Shown: positions 52,376-62,238 of the stretch, one piece after another
Numbering within the stretch: the stretch's first letter is position 1
How the letters are laid out: the number at the start of each line of letters is the position of its first letter
NCBI GenBank assembly: GCA_035285545.1
Contig: JAYKGY010000019.1
Span: 64,001 to 128,000 of the forward strand
Direction of reading: 5' to 3'
DNA: 64,000 nucleotides
DNA from: Snowella sp.
GTDB lineage: Bacteria > Cyanobacteriota > Cyanobacteriia > Cyanobacteriales > Microcystaceae
Made by a program: the position numbers and the translations under genes
The notes under the pieces: model-generated
The model's input: the letters and a program-made list of their open reading frames with translations, nothing else
What the model was told of the DNA's origin: nothing
Database searches by the model: none

Positions 52376-53162
52376 CGTTGTTATTCCGTGTTATAAATGC
52401 TCCCACACAATTGAACAATCCGTCAGTTCAATTACCAGTCAAACCCTGCTGCCATCGGAAATTATTTTAGTGAATGATGGTAGCCCCGATCAAACACTGG
52501 AAGTATTAAAAAATCTCCAGAATACCTATGGCAAGAACTGGATCAAAATTATTGATCTGCCTCAAAATGTCGGGCCAGGGCAAGCTCGAAATCACGGTTG
52601 GGAAACAGCAACCCAAGAGTACTTAGCCTTTTTAGATGCGGACGACCTTTGGCATTCCCAAAAATTAGAAATTCAATGTACTTGGATGTTAAAGAATCCT
52701 GATATTTCCTTTTCCGGTCATCCTTTTTTTATTTATAAAGATATTCACGATTTAAGCCCTGCCATTTTAAAAGGGTTGAAACAAGAACCGAGAATTATCT
52801 CTAAGACACAGATCTTAAGTTCTAATCCTTTTCCCATGTCTGGCTGGTTATTTAAACGTTCCTTGCAAAAAAAATTTAAACCTTACTATCATTGCGAAGA
52901 CTATCTTTGGTTACTAGAAAGCTTTTTTACCATTCATCAATTAGCTTTTTTTGATTTGCCGCTATGTTATTCTCTAAGAGCACCCTACAGTAAGGGGGGA
53001 CTATCAGGAAATCTTTGGAAAATGGAAAAAGCGGAACTGCTGGTTTATCAAAAAATTTGGAAAGAAAAATATATTTCTTCCCTAGAATATGGCGTAATTA
53101 GTCTCTATTCTTTTGCCAAATATCTTCGTCGTTTACTCTTGACCTTTTTGAATCCTTCTTAA
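52359..53162 (+). CDS. GT2 glycosyltransferase
   Basis: VSVVIPCY, VNDGSPD, ARN.G, FLDADD, CEDY; ATG 52359 preferred. Confidence 0.9.
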   Translation: MQAPVSVVIPCYKCSHTIEQSVSSITSQTLLPSEIILVNDGSPDQTLEVLKNLQNTYGKNWIKIIDLPQNVGPGQARNHGWETATQEYLAFLDADDLWHSQKLEIQCTWMLKNPDISFSGHPFFIYKDIHDLSPAILKGLKQEPRIISKTQILSSNPFPMSGWLFKRSLQKKFKPYYHCEDYLWLLESFFTIHQLAFFDLPLCYSLRAPYSKGGLSGNLWKMEKAELLVYQKIWKEKYISSLEYGVISLYSFAKYLRRLLLTFLNPS

Positions 53163-53206
53163 TTAATTTATCTAGCTTATGAAACTCAATTTATTTACGA
53201 GATCAT

Positions 53207-54409
53207 ATGAAAATTCTTCAGATCTGCAATTTGCCAAGCTTTATAAAACAGCATTTGCGCCGCCATATCGATCATCTAACAGCTTTAGGATTCACGGTGG
53301 AAAGTGTTTGTCCCGATGATGTAGAAATTGAAGAATTAAAACAGGAAGGTTATATTGTTCATACCATGGCAATTGATCGTTCGGTTGATCCCATTTCTAA
53401 TTATCAATGCATCGTAAATTTGGTAAAATTGATTAAAAAAAATCATTACGATATTGTCCATGTCCATAATCCGGTCGCGGCGTTATTAGGCAGAATTGCA
53501 GCCAAAATTGCAGGCGTAAAAGCCATTATTTATACTTCTCATGGATTTTATTTCCATGAATTAACCCCACCCCTTCAATACTTGATTTTTTGCAGCATTG
53601 AAATTTTAGCAACCTATATTACAGACCTCATTTTTTCGGTTAACCATGAAGATATTAACGTTTTACTGAAAACGGGTTTATGCTCTAAAAATAAACTCTA
53701 TTATTTAGGAAGCGTTGGGGTTGATCTGAAAAAATTTAATCCTGATCGAATTTCCCTAAGCCATCAGCAACAGTTGCGGCAGTTTTTTAAGATTTCTGAA
53801 CAGGCTTATCCGATCATTGGAACTATCGGAAGAATTAATGAAAAGAAAGGCAGTTTATATTTTATTGAAGCGATTCATGAATTGCGATCGCAATATCCCC
53901 ATATCCAGGCCTTAATTATCGGAGCAGAAGTCAGTTCCGATCCGGATGGTTGTAAAAATCGAGTTTTAGACAGAATCTATGAGCTGAATCTAGCGTCCCA
54001 CATTACCCTAACCGGCTACCAAGAAGAGATTCCTGAACTGCTGAGTCTCATGGATATCTTTACGCTGCCTACGTTTACCCATGAAGGGTTACCCAGTGCT
54101 GTGATTGAAGCGATGGCCATGCAAAAGCCGGTTGTTGCCTCTAACATTCGCGGATGTCGGGAAGCGATTATTCATCAAAAAACGGGATTAATTATTCCCC
54201 CTAAAAATATTCAAGCCTTAGCCGATGCGTTACGACAACTATTGATGAATCCAGAGAAAGCCAAACAAATGGGTCTAGCTGGACGTAAACGAGTGGAAGA
54301 AGAGTATAGTTTACAACTGGTATTAAATCGCTTAACGGATGGCTATGATTCTTTGGGGCTGTCTCATAAAATGGCTACATCAATGATGTATAAGTCTGGT
54401 CAGATCTAG
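53207..54409 (+). CDS. GT4 glycosyltransferase
   Basis: IGRINEKKG, EGLPSAVIEAMA, GCREAI. Confidence 0.92.
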   Translation: MKILQICNLPSFIKQHLRRHIDHLTALGFTVESVCPDDVEIEELKQEGYIVHTMAIDRSVDPISNYQCIVNLVKLIKKNHYDIVHVHNPVAALLGRIAAKIAGVKAIIYTSHGFYFHELTPPLQYLIFCSIEILATYITDLIFSVNHEDINVLLKTGLCSKNKLYYLGSVGVDLKKFNPDRISLSHQQQLRQFFKISEQAYPIIGTIGRINEKKGSLYFIEAIHELRSQYPHIQALIIGAEVSSDPDGCKNRVLDRIYELNLASHITLTGYQEEIPELLSLMDIFTLPTFTHEGLPSAVIEAMAMQKPVVASNIRGCREAIIHQKTGLIIPPKNIQALADALRQLLMNPEKAKQMGLAGRKRVEEEYSLQLVLNRLTDGYDSLGLSHKMATSMMYKSGQI

Positions 54410-54482
54410 ACAGGATTAGAGAGAAGGTGATATGACATTTAAGTAACTGATGGGATAACTTTTGAGGAACAGGAAAACAACA

Positions 54483-55838
54483 ATGGCTAAAATCTCCGTT
54501 ATTGACCAAATTCGATTAGCAGTAGCGGTAGGAGTTGCCAAAACGGTGACGGCATTTGTCCGTTGGTTTCGCTTGGGGGCGGCGAGTGTTCTACCAGGAG
54601 AAATCTCTCGTCGTTTGCATCCCCGTTTATTAGGCCTATTGGCTGAGCAAGTGAAGTATGGCGTAATTTTAGTGGTGGGGACTAACGGAAAAACGACGAC
54701 TTCGTTGTTGTTGCGAACCATTTTAGAAAATCAGGGTTTTAAAGTGACCCATAATATTACCGGCGCGAATTTGATCAATGGCTTAATTACGGCTTTGTTA
54801 GTCGATGCCAATTTAATTGGCCAATTAAAAACGGATTACGCCATTTTGGAAGTTGATGAAAATATTTTGCCCTTAGTGTTGAAAGAGTGTCAGCCCCGCG
54901 TGATTTTGGCGTTAAATCTTTTCCGAGACCAGTTAGACCGTTATGGAGAGGTGGATACCATTAGTCGTCGTTGGCAAAAGGCGATCGCGCCCCTTCCTGA
55001 AGATACTTTAATTGTGGTGAATGCGGATGATCCGACCCTTTCCCATTTTGGGCAGCAATTAACCCAAACGGTTCGTTATTTTGGTTTGAGTGAACCCACT
55101 TTGTATTTAGAAGAAATTCCCCACGCCGTTGATTCGATTTATTGCCCTAAGTGTGGTCATCCCTTGGATTATCGCGGAGTGTATCTATCCCATTTAGGAG
55201 ATTTTACCTGTCCTAGCTGCGGGTTTAGTAAAAGTCAACCGGCCTTTCACAGTAGCGAATGGCCGCAAATTCTGATCGGTGTCTATAACAAATACAATAC
55301 CCTGGCGGCTGGTTTAGTCGCTCAAGAGTTAGGGGTTCAGACCGAATCCATTTTTAACAATATCAAGAGTTTTAAAGCCGCCTTTGGTCGGGCCGAAGAG
55401 TTAACCGTTGAGGGCAAAAAAGTCAGAATTTTACTGTCCAAAAATCCGGTGGGTATGAATGAAACGATTCGAGCCGTTAATGATATTAAAGTTCAGGGCA
55501 AAGCTTCAACTACCTTATTAGTGTTAAATGACCGTATTCCTGATGGCACCGATGTTTCCTGGATTTGGGATGTGGATACGGAACAGTTGGTTAAACTCGG
55601 CGGAACTTTTGTCGTTAGCGGCGATCGCATTTATGACATGGCTCTGCGCTTAGACTATAGCCGTGAGCAACTAGAGGCTAATGGAAATGAATTTAAGCTG
55701 ATTTTAGAAGAAAATTTGAGTAATGCTATTCAAAAAGCCTTAGAATCAACACCAGAGGACGAAACCCTACATATTATCCCGACCTATTCTGCCATGTTAG
55801 AAGTACGGGGCTTGCTAACTGGACAAAAGATTTTATAA
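54483..55838 (+). CDS. murT: MurT-like Mur ligase (DUF1727)
   Basis: GTNGKTT, EVDE, NLFRDQLDRYGE, CPKC...CPSC zinc site, KNP.G, DG.DVSWIWD, TYSAML. Confidence 0.85.
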   Translation: MAKISVIDQIRLAVAVGVAKTVTAFVRWFRLGAASVLPGEISRRLHPRLLGLLAEQVKYGVILVVGTNGKTTTSLLLRTILENQGFKVTHNITGANLINGLITALLVDANLIGQLKTDYAILEVDENILPLVLKECQPRVILALNLFRDQLDRYGEVDTISRRWQKAIAPLPEDTLIVVNADDPTLSHFGQQLTQTVRYFGLSEPTLYLEEIPHAVDSIYCPKCGHPLDYRGVYLSHLGDFTCPSCGFSKSQPAFHSSEWPQILIGVYNKYNTLAAGLVAQELGVQTESIFNNIKSFKAAFGRAEELTVEGKKVRILLSKNPVGMNETIRAVNDIKVQGKASTTLLVLNDRIPDGTDVSWIWDVDTEQLVKLGGTFVVSGDRIYDMALRLDYSREQLEANGNEFKLILEENLSNAIQKALESTPEDETLHIIPTYSAMLEVRGLLTGQKIL

Positions 55839-55869
55839 ATTTTTCGACAATTGGGTTCGCATTTGATAG

Positions 55870-56817
55870 TTATTGTGCCCCTTGATAATGGTGAATAATC
55901 TCTTTCGGGGTAATAACGCGATCGGATTTGCGTCCCATAAAGAACATATCACTGCCACTATCGATCCAATATTTTTGGGGAATCCAATTATCCAAATATT
56001 GCACCCAAAAGAAGAACAATTTAAAGATTTTTCCGATGGCACGGGAACGGAATAAACTCCGAGTAAAATAATCAATTGTCCAAAGTAACTGTGTCCCTGG
56101 CCCTTCAGTTGCGCCAGATTTAATTAAGGCAAAATTTTTAAACAGATAGCGATGCCCACTTTCGGTAAAACGGGTAAAGTCATAGGCTCCTTCATGAACC
56201 TGCTGTAAAAAAGGTGTTTCTGAGTACACCAGTCCATTGGGTTTTAAGACGCGGTAAATTTCCGCAACCACTTGATGGGGGTCTAAAACGTGTTCTAAAA
56301 CAACTTGAATGATTACACAATCGATGGATTCATTCGCTAACGGAATTTGATGCGCGTCAGCCACAAATTGAGTCAGGGGTGACGTATAGATATCAAAACC
56401 AATCACTTTGAGATCGGTTTCTTCGTAAAAGGGTTTCATTCCTCTGCCAAATGAGCCTCCACCAATCATTAAAATTCTGGGTTGAGGAGTTTGATTTTTG
56501 AGTAAAGAAATTAAATATTGAATATTGTCATCAGTCACCTTTTTCTCAGGGGTTAATACTTTTTTGATAAATGCTTGAATTCCTTTTCTTTCGGGTCGTA
56601 TGACTACTGAAGAAGCACTATTTTTTAAGGTTTCCGTTTGATCAAGAACGGATTGAGAAAAGTCAACTAAAACGGGGGTTTGGTTAATAATCGGATATTC
56701 ATATTGCTGGTTTGCTTCTACTGTATCCGTTATCAAATGGGAATCGACTAACTTTAAAGGAAAATTCGTTTTTGGACAGCGGAGTAAATTCCAGTATTCT
56801 TCTTTGTTTGCTAACAT
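55870..56817 (-). CDS. Class I SAM-dependent methyltransferase with a Trm112-like N-terminus
   Basis: LLRCPKT..PL...YPII..TPVL; IGGG, ADAH.IPL, VLEHV, YDFTRFT. Start uncertain (56817, 56856 or 56910). Confidence 0.8.
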   Translation of the reverse strand: MLANKEEYWNLLRCPKTNFPLKLVDSHLITDTVEANQQYEYPIINQTPVLVDFSQSVLDQTETLKNSASSVVIRPERKGIQAFIKKVLTPEKKVTDDNIQYLISLLKNQTPQPRILMIGGGSFGRGMKPFYEETDLKVIGFDIYTSPLTQFVADAHQIPLANESIDCVIIQVVLEHVLDPHQVVAEIYRVLKPNGLVYSETPFLQQVHEGAYDFTRFTESGHRYLFKNFALIKSGATEGPGTQLLWTIDYFTRSLFRSRAIGKIFKLFFFWVQYLDNWIPQKYWIDSGSDMFFMGRKSDRVITPKEIIHHYQGAQ

Positions 56818-57083
56818 GCTTTCTCTTGATCGATTTCTTTCAATTTTGCTGCTCATTGTAATATAACTGCTCACCCAATTCCAGCGATCGCTTACGCTTA
56901 AGCGTTTCAAAAAACTTCTGTTTCATCGCCCACACTAGCCCAAAAATGCCAAGATCAAGAAACAACCGAATTGCAAATGAGAAGCACCGTTTAATAGTGA
57001 GTTTCTATCCGACTCCATCAAACTCGTAATCCCTAAATCAATCAGAATAATTTAGTAAATTTCCAGACCAAGCTATACTAGGC

Positions 57084-57101
57084 TTGTAAATCTGTTTACA
57101 A
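57084..57101. promoter_or_regulatory. NtcA-like palindrome upstream of ndhA
   Basis: TTGTAAA-tctg-TTTACAA contains GTA-N8-TAC (57086-57099), just 3' of TATACT (57074-79). Confidence 0.45.
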
Positions 57102-57182
57102 TCTTTAATGGCCGCTTCAACCGTGCCATCTTTCGTTTATCTATAGTAAGTATCGTTCGTCATCAATTAACCAATCGGTAAC

Positions 57183-58301
57183 ATGAACGCAGGAATTGAC
57201 CTTAGAAGTAGTTTTATTGAATCACTCCAGGATTTGGGACTGCCCTCTGGCGTTGCTAAAGCCTTTTGGATTCCCCTCCCGTCTATTTTGATGATTATCG
57301 GAGCAACTGTCGGCGTGCTGGTGGTCGTTTGGCTAGAACGTAAAATTTCTGCGGCGGCTCAACAGCGGATAGGCCCTGAATATGCCGGCCCGTTGGGGGT
57401 TTTACAACCCGTTGCAGATGGCATTAAGCTCGTTTTTAAAGAAGATGTCGTTCCTGCGAAAGCCGATCCCTGGTTATTTACCTTAGGCCCAGTTTTAGTG
57501 GTCTTACCTGTATTTTTGTCCTATCTGATTGTGCCCTTTGGACAAAATCTAGTCATTACGGATTTAAATGTCGGGATTTTTCTGTGGATTTCTCTTTCTA
57601 GTATTGCCCCTATTGGTTTATTGATGTCGGGCTATGCTTCTAATAATAAATATTCCCTTTTAGGCGGACTACGGGCGGCGGCTCAGTCGATTAGTTACGA
57701 AATTCCGCTGGCGTTTGCTGTCCTCGCGATCGCCATGATGTCGAATAGCCTCAGCACCATTGATATTGTTGATCAACAATCCGGCTATGGCATCTTAGGC
57801 TGGAATATCTGGCGGCAACCCGTTGGCTTTTTAATCTTTTGGATCGCTGCTCTTGCGGAATGCGAACGTTTACCCTTTGACTTACCTGAAGCCGAAGAAG
57901 AATTAGTCGCAGGGTATCAAACCGAATATGCAGGCATGAAGTTTGGTCTATTTTATGTCGGCTCCTACGTTAACCTGGTGTTATCCGCCTTAGTGTTTGC
58001 CGTGTTGTATTTAGGCGGCTGGGAATTTCCCGTTCCTTTAGATAAATTAGCCGGCTGGTTAGGGGTCAGCGAAAACAACCCTTGGCTACAAATCTTGACG
58101 GCTTCTCTGGGAATCACCATGACCGTTTTAAAAGCCTACTTTTTAATCTTTATCGCTATTCTTCTCCGTTGGACAGTGCCCCGTGTACGGATTGACCAAC
58201 TTTTGAATTTAGGCTGGAAATTCCTCTTACCCGTTTCCTTAGCCAATCTCTTAATTACTGCGGCCTTAAAACTGGCTTTTCCTGTGGCTTTTGGTGGTTA
58301 G
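57183..58301 (+). CDS. ndhA: NDH-1 subunit 1
   Basis: [42 protein letters not shown]. Confidence 0.97.
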   Translation: MNAGIDLRSSFIESLQDLGLPSGVAKAFWIPLPSILMIIGATVGVLVVVWLERKISAAAQQRIGPEYAGPLGVLQPVADGIKLVFKEDVVPAKADPWLFTLGPVLVVLPVFLSYLIVPFGQNLVITDLNVGIFLWISLSSIAPIGLLMSGYASNNKYSLLGGLRAAAQSISYEIPLAFAVLAIAMMSNSLSTIDIVDQQSGYGILGWNIWRQPVGFLIFWIAALAECERLPFDLPEAEEELVAGYQTEYAGMKFGLFYVGSYVNLVLSALVFAVLYLGGWEFPVPLDKLAGWLGVSENNPWLQILTASLGITMTVLKAYFLIFIAILLRWTVPRVRIDQLLNLGWKFLLPVSLANLLITAALKLAFPVAFGG

Positions 58302-58385
58302 AAACGTTTTTTGGATATAACCCCAAACCGATGACCCAATTATTCACTTAAAAATTTCAATTTTAAGATAGCCAAGGACAAATTT

Positions 58386-58964
58386 ATGTTCAACACCATT
58401 CTTAAACAAGTCAGCGATTACGCCAAAGAGACCGTTCAAGCCGCCAAATATATTGGAGAAGGGCTGGCAGTAACCTTTGACCACATGAGTCGCCGACCGA
58501 TTACGGTTCAATATCCCTACGAAAAATTAATTCCCTCAGAACGGTATCGCGGACGCATTCATTTTGAATTTGATAAATGTATCGCCTGCGAAGTTTGTGT
58601 TCGGGTTTGTCCGATTAATTTACCCGTTGTCGATTGGGCCTTTAATAAACAAACGAAGAAGAAAGAACTCAAGCACTATAGTATTGATTTCGGGGTTTGT
58701 ATTTTCTGTGGTAACTGTGTGGAATACTGTCCCACCAACTGTTTATCCATGACGGAAGAATATGAAATGTCTACCTATGATCGTCATGAGTTAAATTACG
58801 ATAACGTTGCCCTGGGTCGCTTGCCCTATAAAGTTACCCAAGATCCAATGGTGACGGCTTTACGAGAATTTGCTTATTTACCCAAGGGCGAAATTGATCC
58901 CCACGATTTACCCGCCGGCAGCCAACGGGCAGGGAAACGACCCGAAGAATTAATCAATGAATAA
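58386..58964 (+). CDS. ndhI: NDH-1 subunit I
   Basis: Two [4Fe-4S] motifs, [12 protein letters not shown] and [12 protein letters not shown]. Confidence 0.97.
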   Translation: MFNTILKQVSDYAKETVQAAKYIGEGLAVTFDHMSRRPITVQYPYEKLIPSERYRGRIHFEFDKCIACEVCVRVCPINLPVVDWAFNKQTKKKELKHYSIDFGVCIFCGNCVEYCPTNCLSMTEEYEMSTYDRHELNYDNVALGRLPYKVTQDPMVTALREFAYLPKGEIDPHDLPAGSQRAGKRPEELINE

Positions 58965-59117
58965 ACTTTAACAATCTAGGGGGAAATGAATCTTTTATAA
59001 TTTTCTTCTGGATTGTTGAGTGTTTCTCTCAATTAAATTAATCAAAAAACGACTGTATTAAATGGGTGAGTTGGTGCAATCTAACCCCTAAAATCCACAA
59101 TTATTGAGGAGATAACC

Positions 59118-59717
59118 GTGAATTTAGCAGAAGGCGTACAGAGTGTATCCTTAATTATCCTAAGCATTATGTTAATTGGCTCCGCTTTGGGGGTCGTTTT
59201 ATTATCGAATATTGTTTATTCGGCATTTCTATTAGGTGGGGTTTTCATTAGCATATCGGGTCTTTATATCCTGCTGAATGCAGATTTTGTTGCGGCGGCT
59301 CAGATCCTCGTTTATGTGGGAGCCGTTAATGTTTTAATTCTGTTTGCCATTATGTTGGTGAATAAACGGGAAGATTTTTCCAAGATGCCCAGCCGTTGGA
59401 TTCGTAATCTAGCCACCAGTCTCGTCTGTATCGGCCTCTTCGCCCTTCTTTCAACAATGGTTTTAATTACCCCTTGGTCTATTGCGTCTGTTCCGGCTGT
59501 TCCTATTGATAATACGATTATCGTCTTAGGAAAACATTTGTTTAGTGACTTCCTCTTACCCTTTGAATTAGCGTCGGTTTTATTGTTAATGGCAATGGTC
59601 GGTGCGATTATTTTGGCCCGTCGTGACTTTATTCCCGAACCACCAGCAGAAGAACCCAGTGCAACGGCTTTAACCCTGCCTGAACGCCCCCGCGAGTTAA
59701 TTTCCCTTGAAAAGTAA
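59118..59717 (+). CDS. ndhG: NDH-1 subunit 6
   Basis: AQILVYVGAVNVLILFAIM, LPFELAS. Confidence 0.96.
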   Translation: MNLAEGVQSVSLIILSIMLIGSALGVVLLSNIVYSAFLLGGVFISISGLYILLNADFVAAAQILVYVGAVNVLILFAIMLVNKREDFSKMPSRWIRNLATSLVCIGLFALLSTMVLITPWSIASVPAVPIDNTIIVLGKHLFSDFLLPFELASVLLLMAMVGAIILARRDFIPEPPAEEPSATALTLPERPRELISLEK

Positions 59718-59753
59718 TTGTAGCTTAATAAAAAATTAAAAAAACGAGGTTTT

Positions 59754-60065
59754 ATGCAGATTCCCTTGCAATATTATTTAATTTTAGCAGCCGCTTTATT
59801 CTGTATCGGGATTTATGGCTTAATTACCAGTCGTAATGCGGTTCGGGTTTTAATGTCGATTGAATTATTGCTAAATGCTGTCAATCTTAATCTGATTGGA
59901 TTTTCTAATTTTTTAGATCCAACAGGGATTAAGGGTCAAGTTTTCTCCGTTTTTGTGATTACTGTTGCGGCGGCTGAAGCGGCTGTGGGTTTAGCCATTA
60001 TTTTGGCAATTTATCGGAATCGAGAAACCATCGACATGGAACAGTTTAATTTGCTGAAATGGTAA
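59754..60065 (+). CDS. ndhE: NDH-1 subunit 4L
   Basis: [30 protein letters not shown]. Confidence 0.97.
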   Translation: MQIPLQYYLILAAALFCIGIYGLITSRNAVRVLMSIELLLNAVNLNLIGFSNFLDPTGIKGQVFSVFVITVAAAEAAVGLAIILAIYRNRETIDMEQFNLLKW

Positions 60066-60112
60066 TGCTGTAATTCAGCTAATCTAGCTTTTTTCTTGAA
60101 TTTTCCTCAACT

Positions 60113-60150
60113 AAGTGATGCCAAAAGTTAAGATTCTGGCTCACTTTTTT
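60113..60150 (+). terminator. Candidate terminator of ndhAIGE
   Basis: AAGTGA(t)GCCA...TGGCTCACTT stem followed by a T-run. Confidence 0.5.
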
Positions 60151-60294
60151 AATGAATGATTATAAAAAGTGGAGTAATAATACCCCACTTTGTTGATTTC
60201 ATATTGATCATACGTTTCAATCGCTTTTTGGTGTGCCCTTCCTTGCTTTAACTGAACTATGGAGTTTAATGGAGTCAACAAAATAAGTTGTTAT

Positions 60295-60438
60295 TTATTC
60301 AGAGTGTGAGCTATTGGGGTCACCATTGAAGGGTTGAACACCGACTTCAGGATACTCATCGGTTGAAGGGCCAAATACTCTGGCAAAAGCCTCGGTCAAG
60401 TATTGCATCATATTTTGTAGCATTTCATTAATCTTCAT
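60295..60438 (-). CDS. 47-aa small protein absent from the ORF track (probably Norf1-like)
   Basis: MKINEMLQNMMQYLTEAFARVFGPSTDEYPEVGVQPFNGDPNSSHSE*; AGGAGAG RBS upstream; hairpin plus T-run downstream (about 60164-60191). Confidence 0.8.
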   Translation of the reverse strand: MKINEMLQNMMQYLTEAFARVFGPSTDEYPEVGVQPFNGDPNSSHSE

Positions 60439-60764
60439 AGTTGTTACTCTCCTGGGAAAGGTATCTACTAACCTTGAATGTGTTTGAAACTTTTGAGTGT
60501 GAGAAGAAATTGCTTTAATTTTTCTCTACCTCTACCTACACTTTTATTCTACTTTTTGGGATTGAAATTTTGTCGCTTTTATTCAGGATTGTAATAATTA
60601 TTGAATCTTTTAGATAAAAAGTTGCTTTTTATTGTTCTTCGTAAACTTTTGTTCTGTAATATTGCTGTTTGTATCAATTTCAATCAAGTACAACGGATTC
60701 TTTTTTAGTAAATTCACGGCTTTTTCTACCTCTTTTTTCATAAAACTTCACTATTTATCCTTGA

Positions 60765-60785
60765 TTATGGTAAAATCTACTATAA
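60765..60785. promoter_or_regulatory. NrtR box upstream of nadD-nrtR-nadE
   Basis: 21-bp palindrome TTATGGT-AAAATCT-ACTATAA with a GT-N7-AC core, overlapping TATAAT at 60781-86. Confidence 0.75.
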
Positions 60786-60836
60786 TCTACTTAGCCCCTT
60801 CTGTTGATGTGTTGAGGAGGTGAGAATAACTGCCCT

Positions 60837-61403
60837 ATGAAAATTGCTCTGTTTGGAACCAGTGCCGATCCGCCGACTGCGGCCCATCAGTCTATTCTCC
60901 AATGGCTCTCTGAGCATTATGATCAAGTGGCGGTCTGGGCTTCTGATAATCCTTTTAAAGATCGCCAAACGGCTTTGGAGCACCGCATGGCGATGTTGGA
61001 ATTGTTGATCGGTTCGCTGAATTTATTCCACTCCAATGTCCGTGTTTATCGGGAACTCAGCGATCGCCGTAGTTTAAATAGTTTAGAAAAAGCGCAGCAA
61101 ATTTGGGGAAAAGATGCGGATTACAGCTTAGTTATTGGGTCAGACTTAGTACCACAAATTCCCCGTTGGTATCGCGTTCAGGACTTATTTCAATCCGTGA
61201 ATCTTTTAATTATTCCCCGTCCTGGCCATCCGTTGAACAAAGACGATTTACAGCAGCTTCAAACCTTGGGAGCAACCTATCACATCGCACAAATGGAAGC
61301 CCCTGAAATTTCTTCTACGATTTATCGTCAAACTAAAGATAAAACGGTTATTCCCGTTCCTGTGAAAGAGTATATTTGTCAGCAAAAACTCTATGTTTTT
61401 TAG
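60837..61403 (+). CDS. nadD: Nicotinate-nucleotide adenylyltransferase
   Basis: ALFGTSADPPT.AH, NPFK, IGSD, ISST. Confidence 0.9.
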   Translation: MKIALFGTSADPPTAAHQSILQWLSEHYDQVAVWASDNPFKDRQTALEHRMAMLELLIGSLNLFHSNVRVYRELSDRRSLNSLEKAQQIWGKDADYSLVIGSDLVPQIPRWYRVQDLFQSVNLLIIPRPGHPLNKDDLQQLQTLGATYHIAQMEAPEISSTIYRQTKDKTVIPVPVKEYICQQKLYVF

Positions 61404-61472
61404 CCTTTGTTAAATTATTTAGAAATTGTTTTGAAAATATCTTGAAGTTTAAAATTATTCAAAGATAAAAAA

Positions 61473-62198
61473 TTGATAATGAAGCAATCACCAAGCAAAT
61501 TATTAGCAGCGTTTAAAGTAGGGGTCGATAATGTTATTTTTTCTGTTGATACCCAGCACAATCGATTGTTAGTTTTATTAGTTAAACGACAAGAAGATCC
61601 CTTTCAAAATTATTGGAGTTTACCCGGAACCCTAGTTCGTCAGGGTGAATCCTTAGAAGCCGCCGCCGAACGCATTTTATCAGAAAAAATTCAGGTTAAA
61701 AATCTTTATTTAGAACAGCTTTACACCTTTGGTGGGCCAAATCGGGATCCCAGGGAAGCACCTGAAAGTTACGGCGATCGCTATTTATCCGTGAGTTATT
61801 TTGCCCTAGTTCGCTTTGAAGATTCGGGATTAATTGTACGGGATGTAAAATATACAACTTGGCATGATTTAACCAATTTACCGACGTTAGCGTTTGATCA
61901 TCAAAATATTTTGAATTATGGCTATCGTCGCCTACGCAATAAATTAGAATATAGCCCCATTGCCTTTGATGTTTTGCCGGAAATATTTACCTTATTTGAT
62001 TTATTTCAACTATATGCAACGATTTTAGGAGAAAATTTTTCAGATTATTCTAACTTTCGAGCGCGTCTTTTAAAATTAGGCTTTTTGATGGATACGGGAT
62101 TAAAAGTCAACAAAGGTGCCGGCCGTCCCGCAACGTTATACCGCTTTAATGCTCAGGCTTTTGCTCCCTATAAAGATAAGCCCTTAGTGTTTATTTAA
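61473..62198 (+). CDS. nrtR: Nudix-related transcriptional regulator NrtR
   Basis: WSLPG..V..GESLE.AA.R, EQLYTF...RDPR, LAFDH; wHTH with NFR and GRPA.LY. Confidence 0.9.
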   Translation: MIMKQSPSKLLAAFKVGVDNVIFSVDTQHNRLLVLLVKRQEDPFQNYWSLPGTLVRQGESLEAAAERILSEKIQVKNLYLEQLYTFGGPNRDPREAPESYGDRYLSVSYFALVRFEDSGLIVRDVKYTTWHDLTNLPTLAFDHQNILNYGYRRLRNKLEYSPIAFDVLPEIFTLFDLFQLYATILGENFSDYSNFRARLLKLGFLMDTGLKVNKGAGRPATLYRFNAQAFAPYKDKPLVFI

Positions 62199-62238
62199 TA
62201 GCCTTGAGAAAAACTGCAAATTTTAGGAAAATAATTTT

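Noticed and set aside
60632..60823. 63-aa hydrophobic ORF upstream of nadD
   Set aside because: TTG start in T-rich promoter DNA spanning the NrtR box; the Phe/Ser bias reflects base composition.
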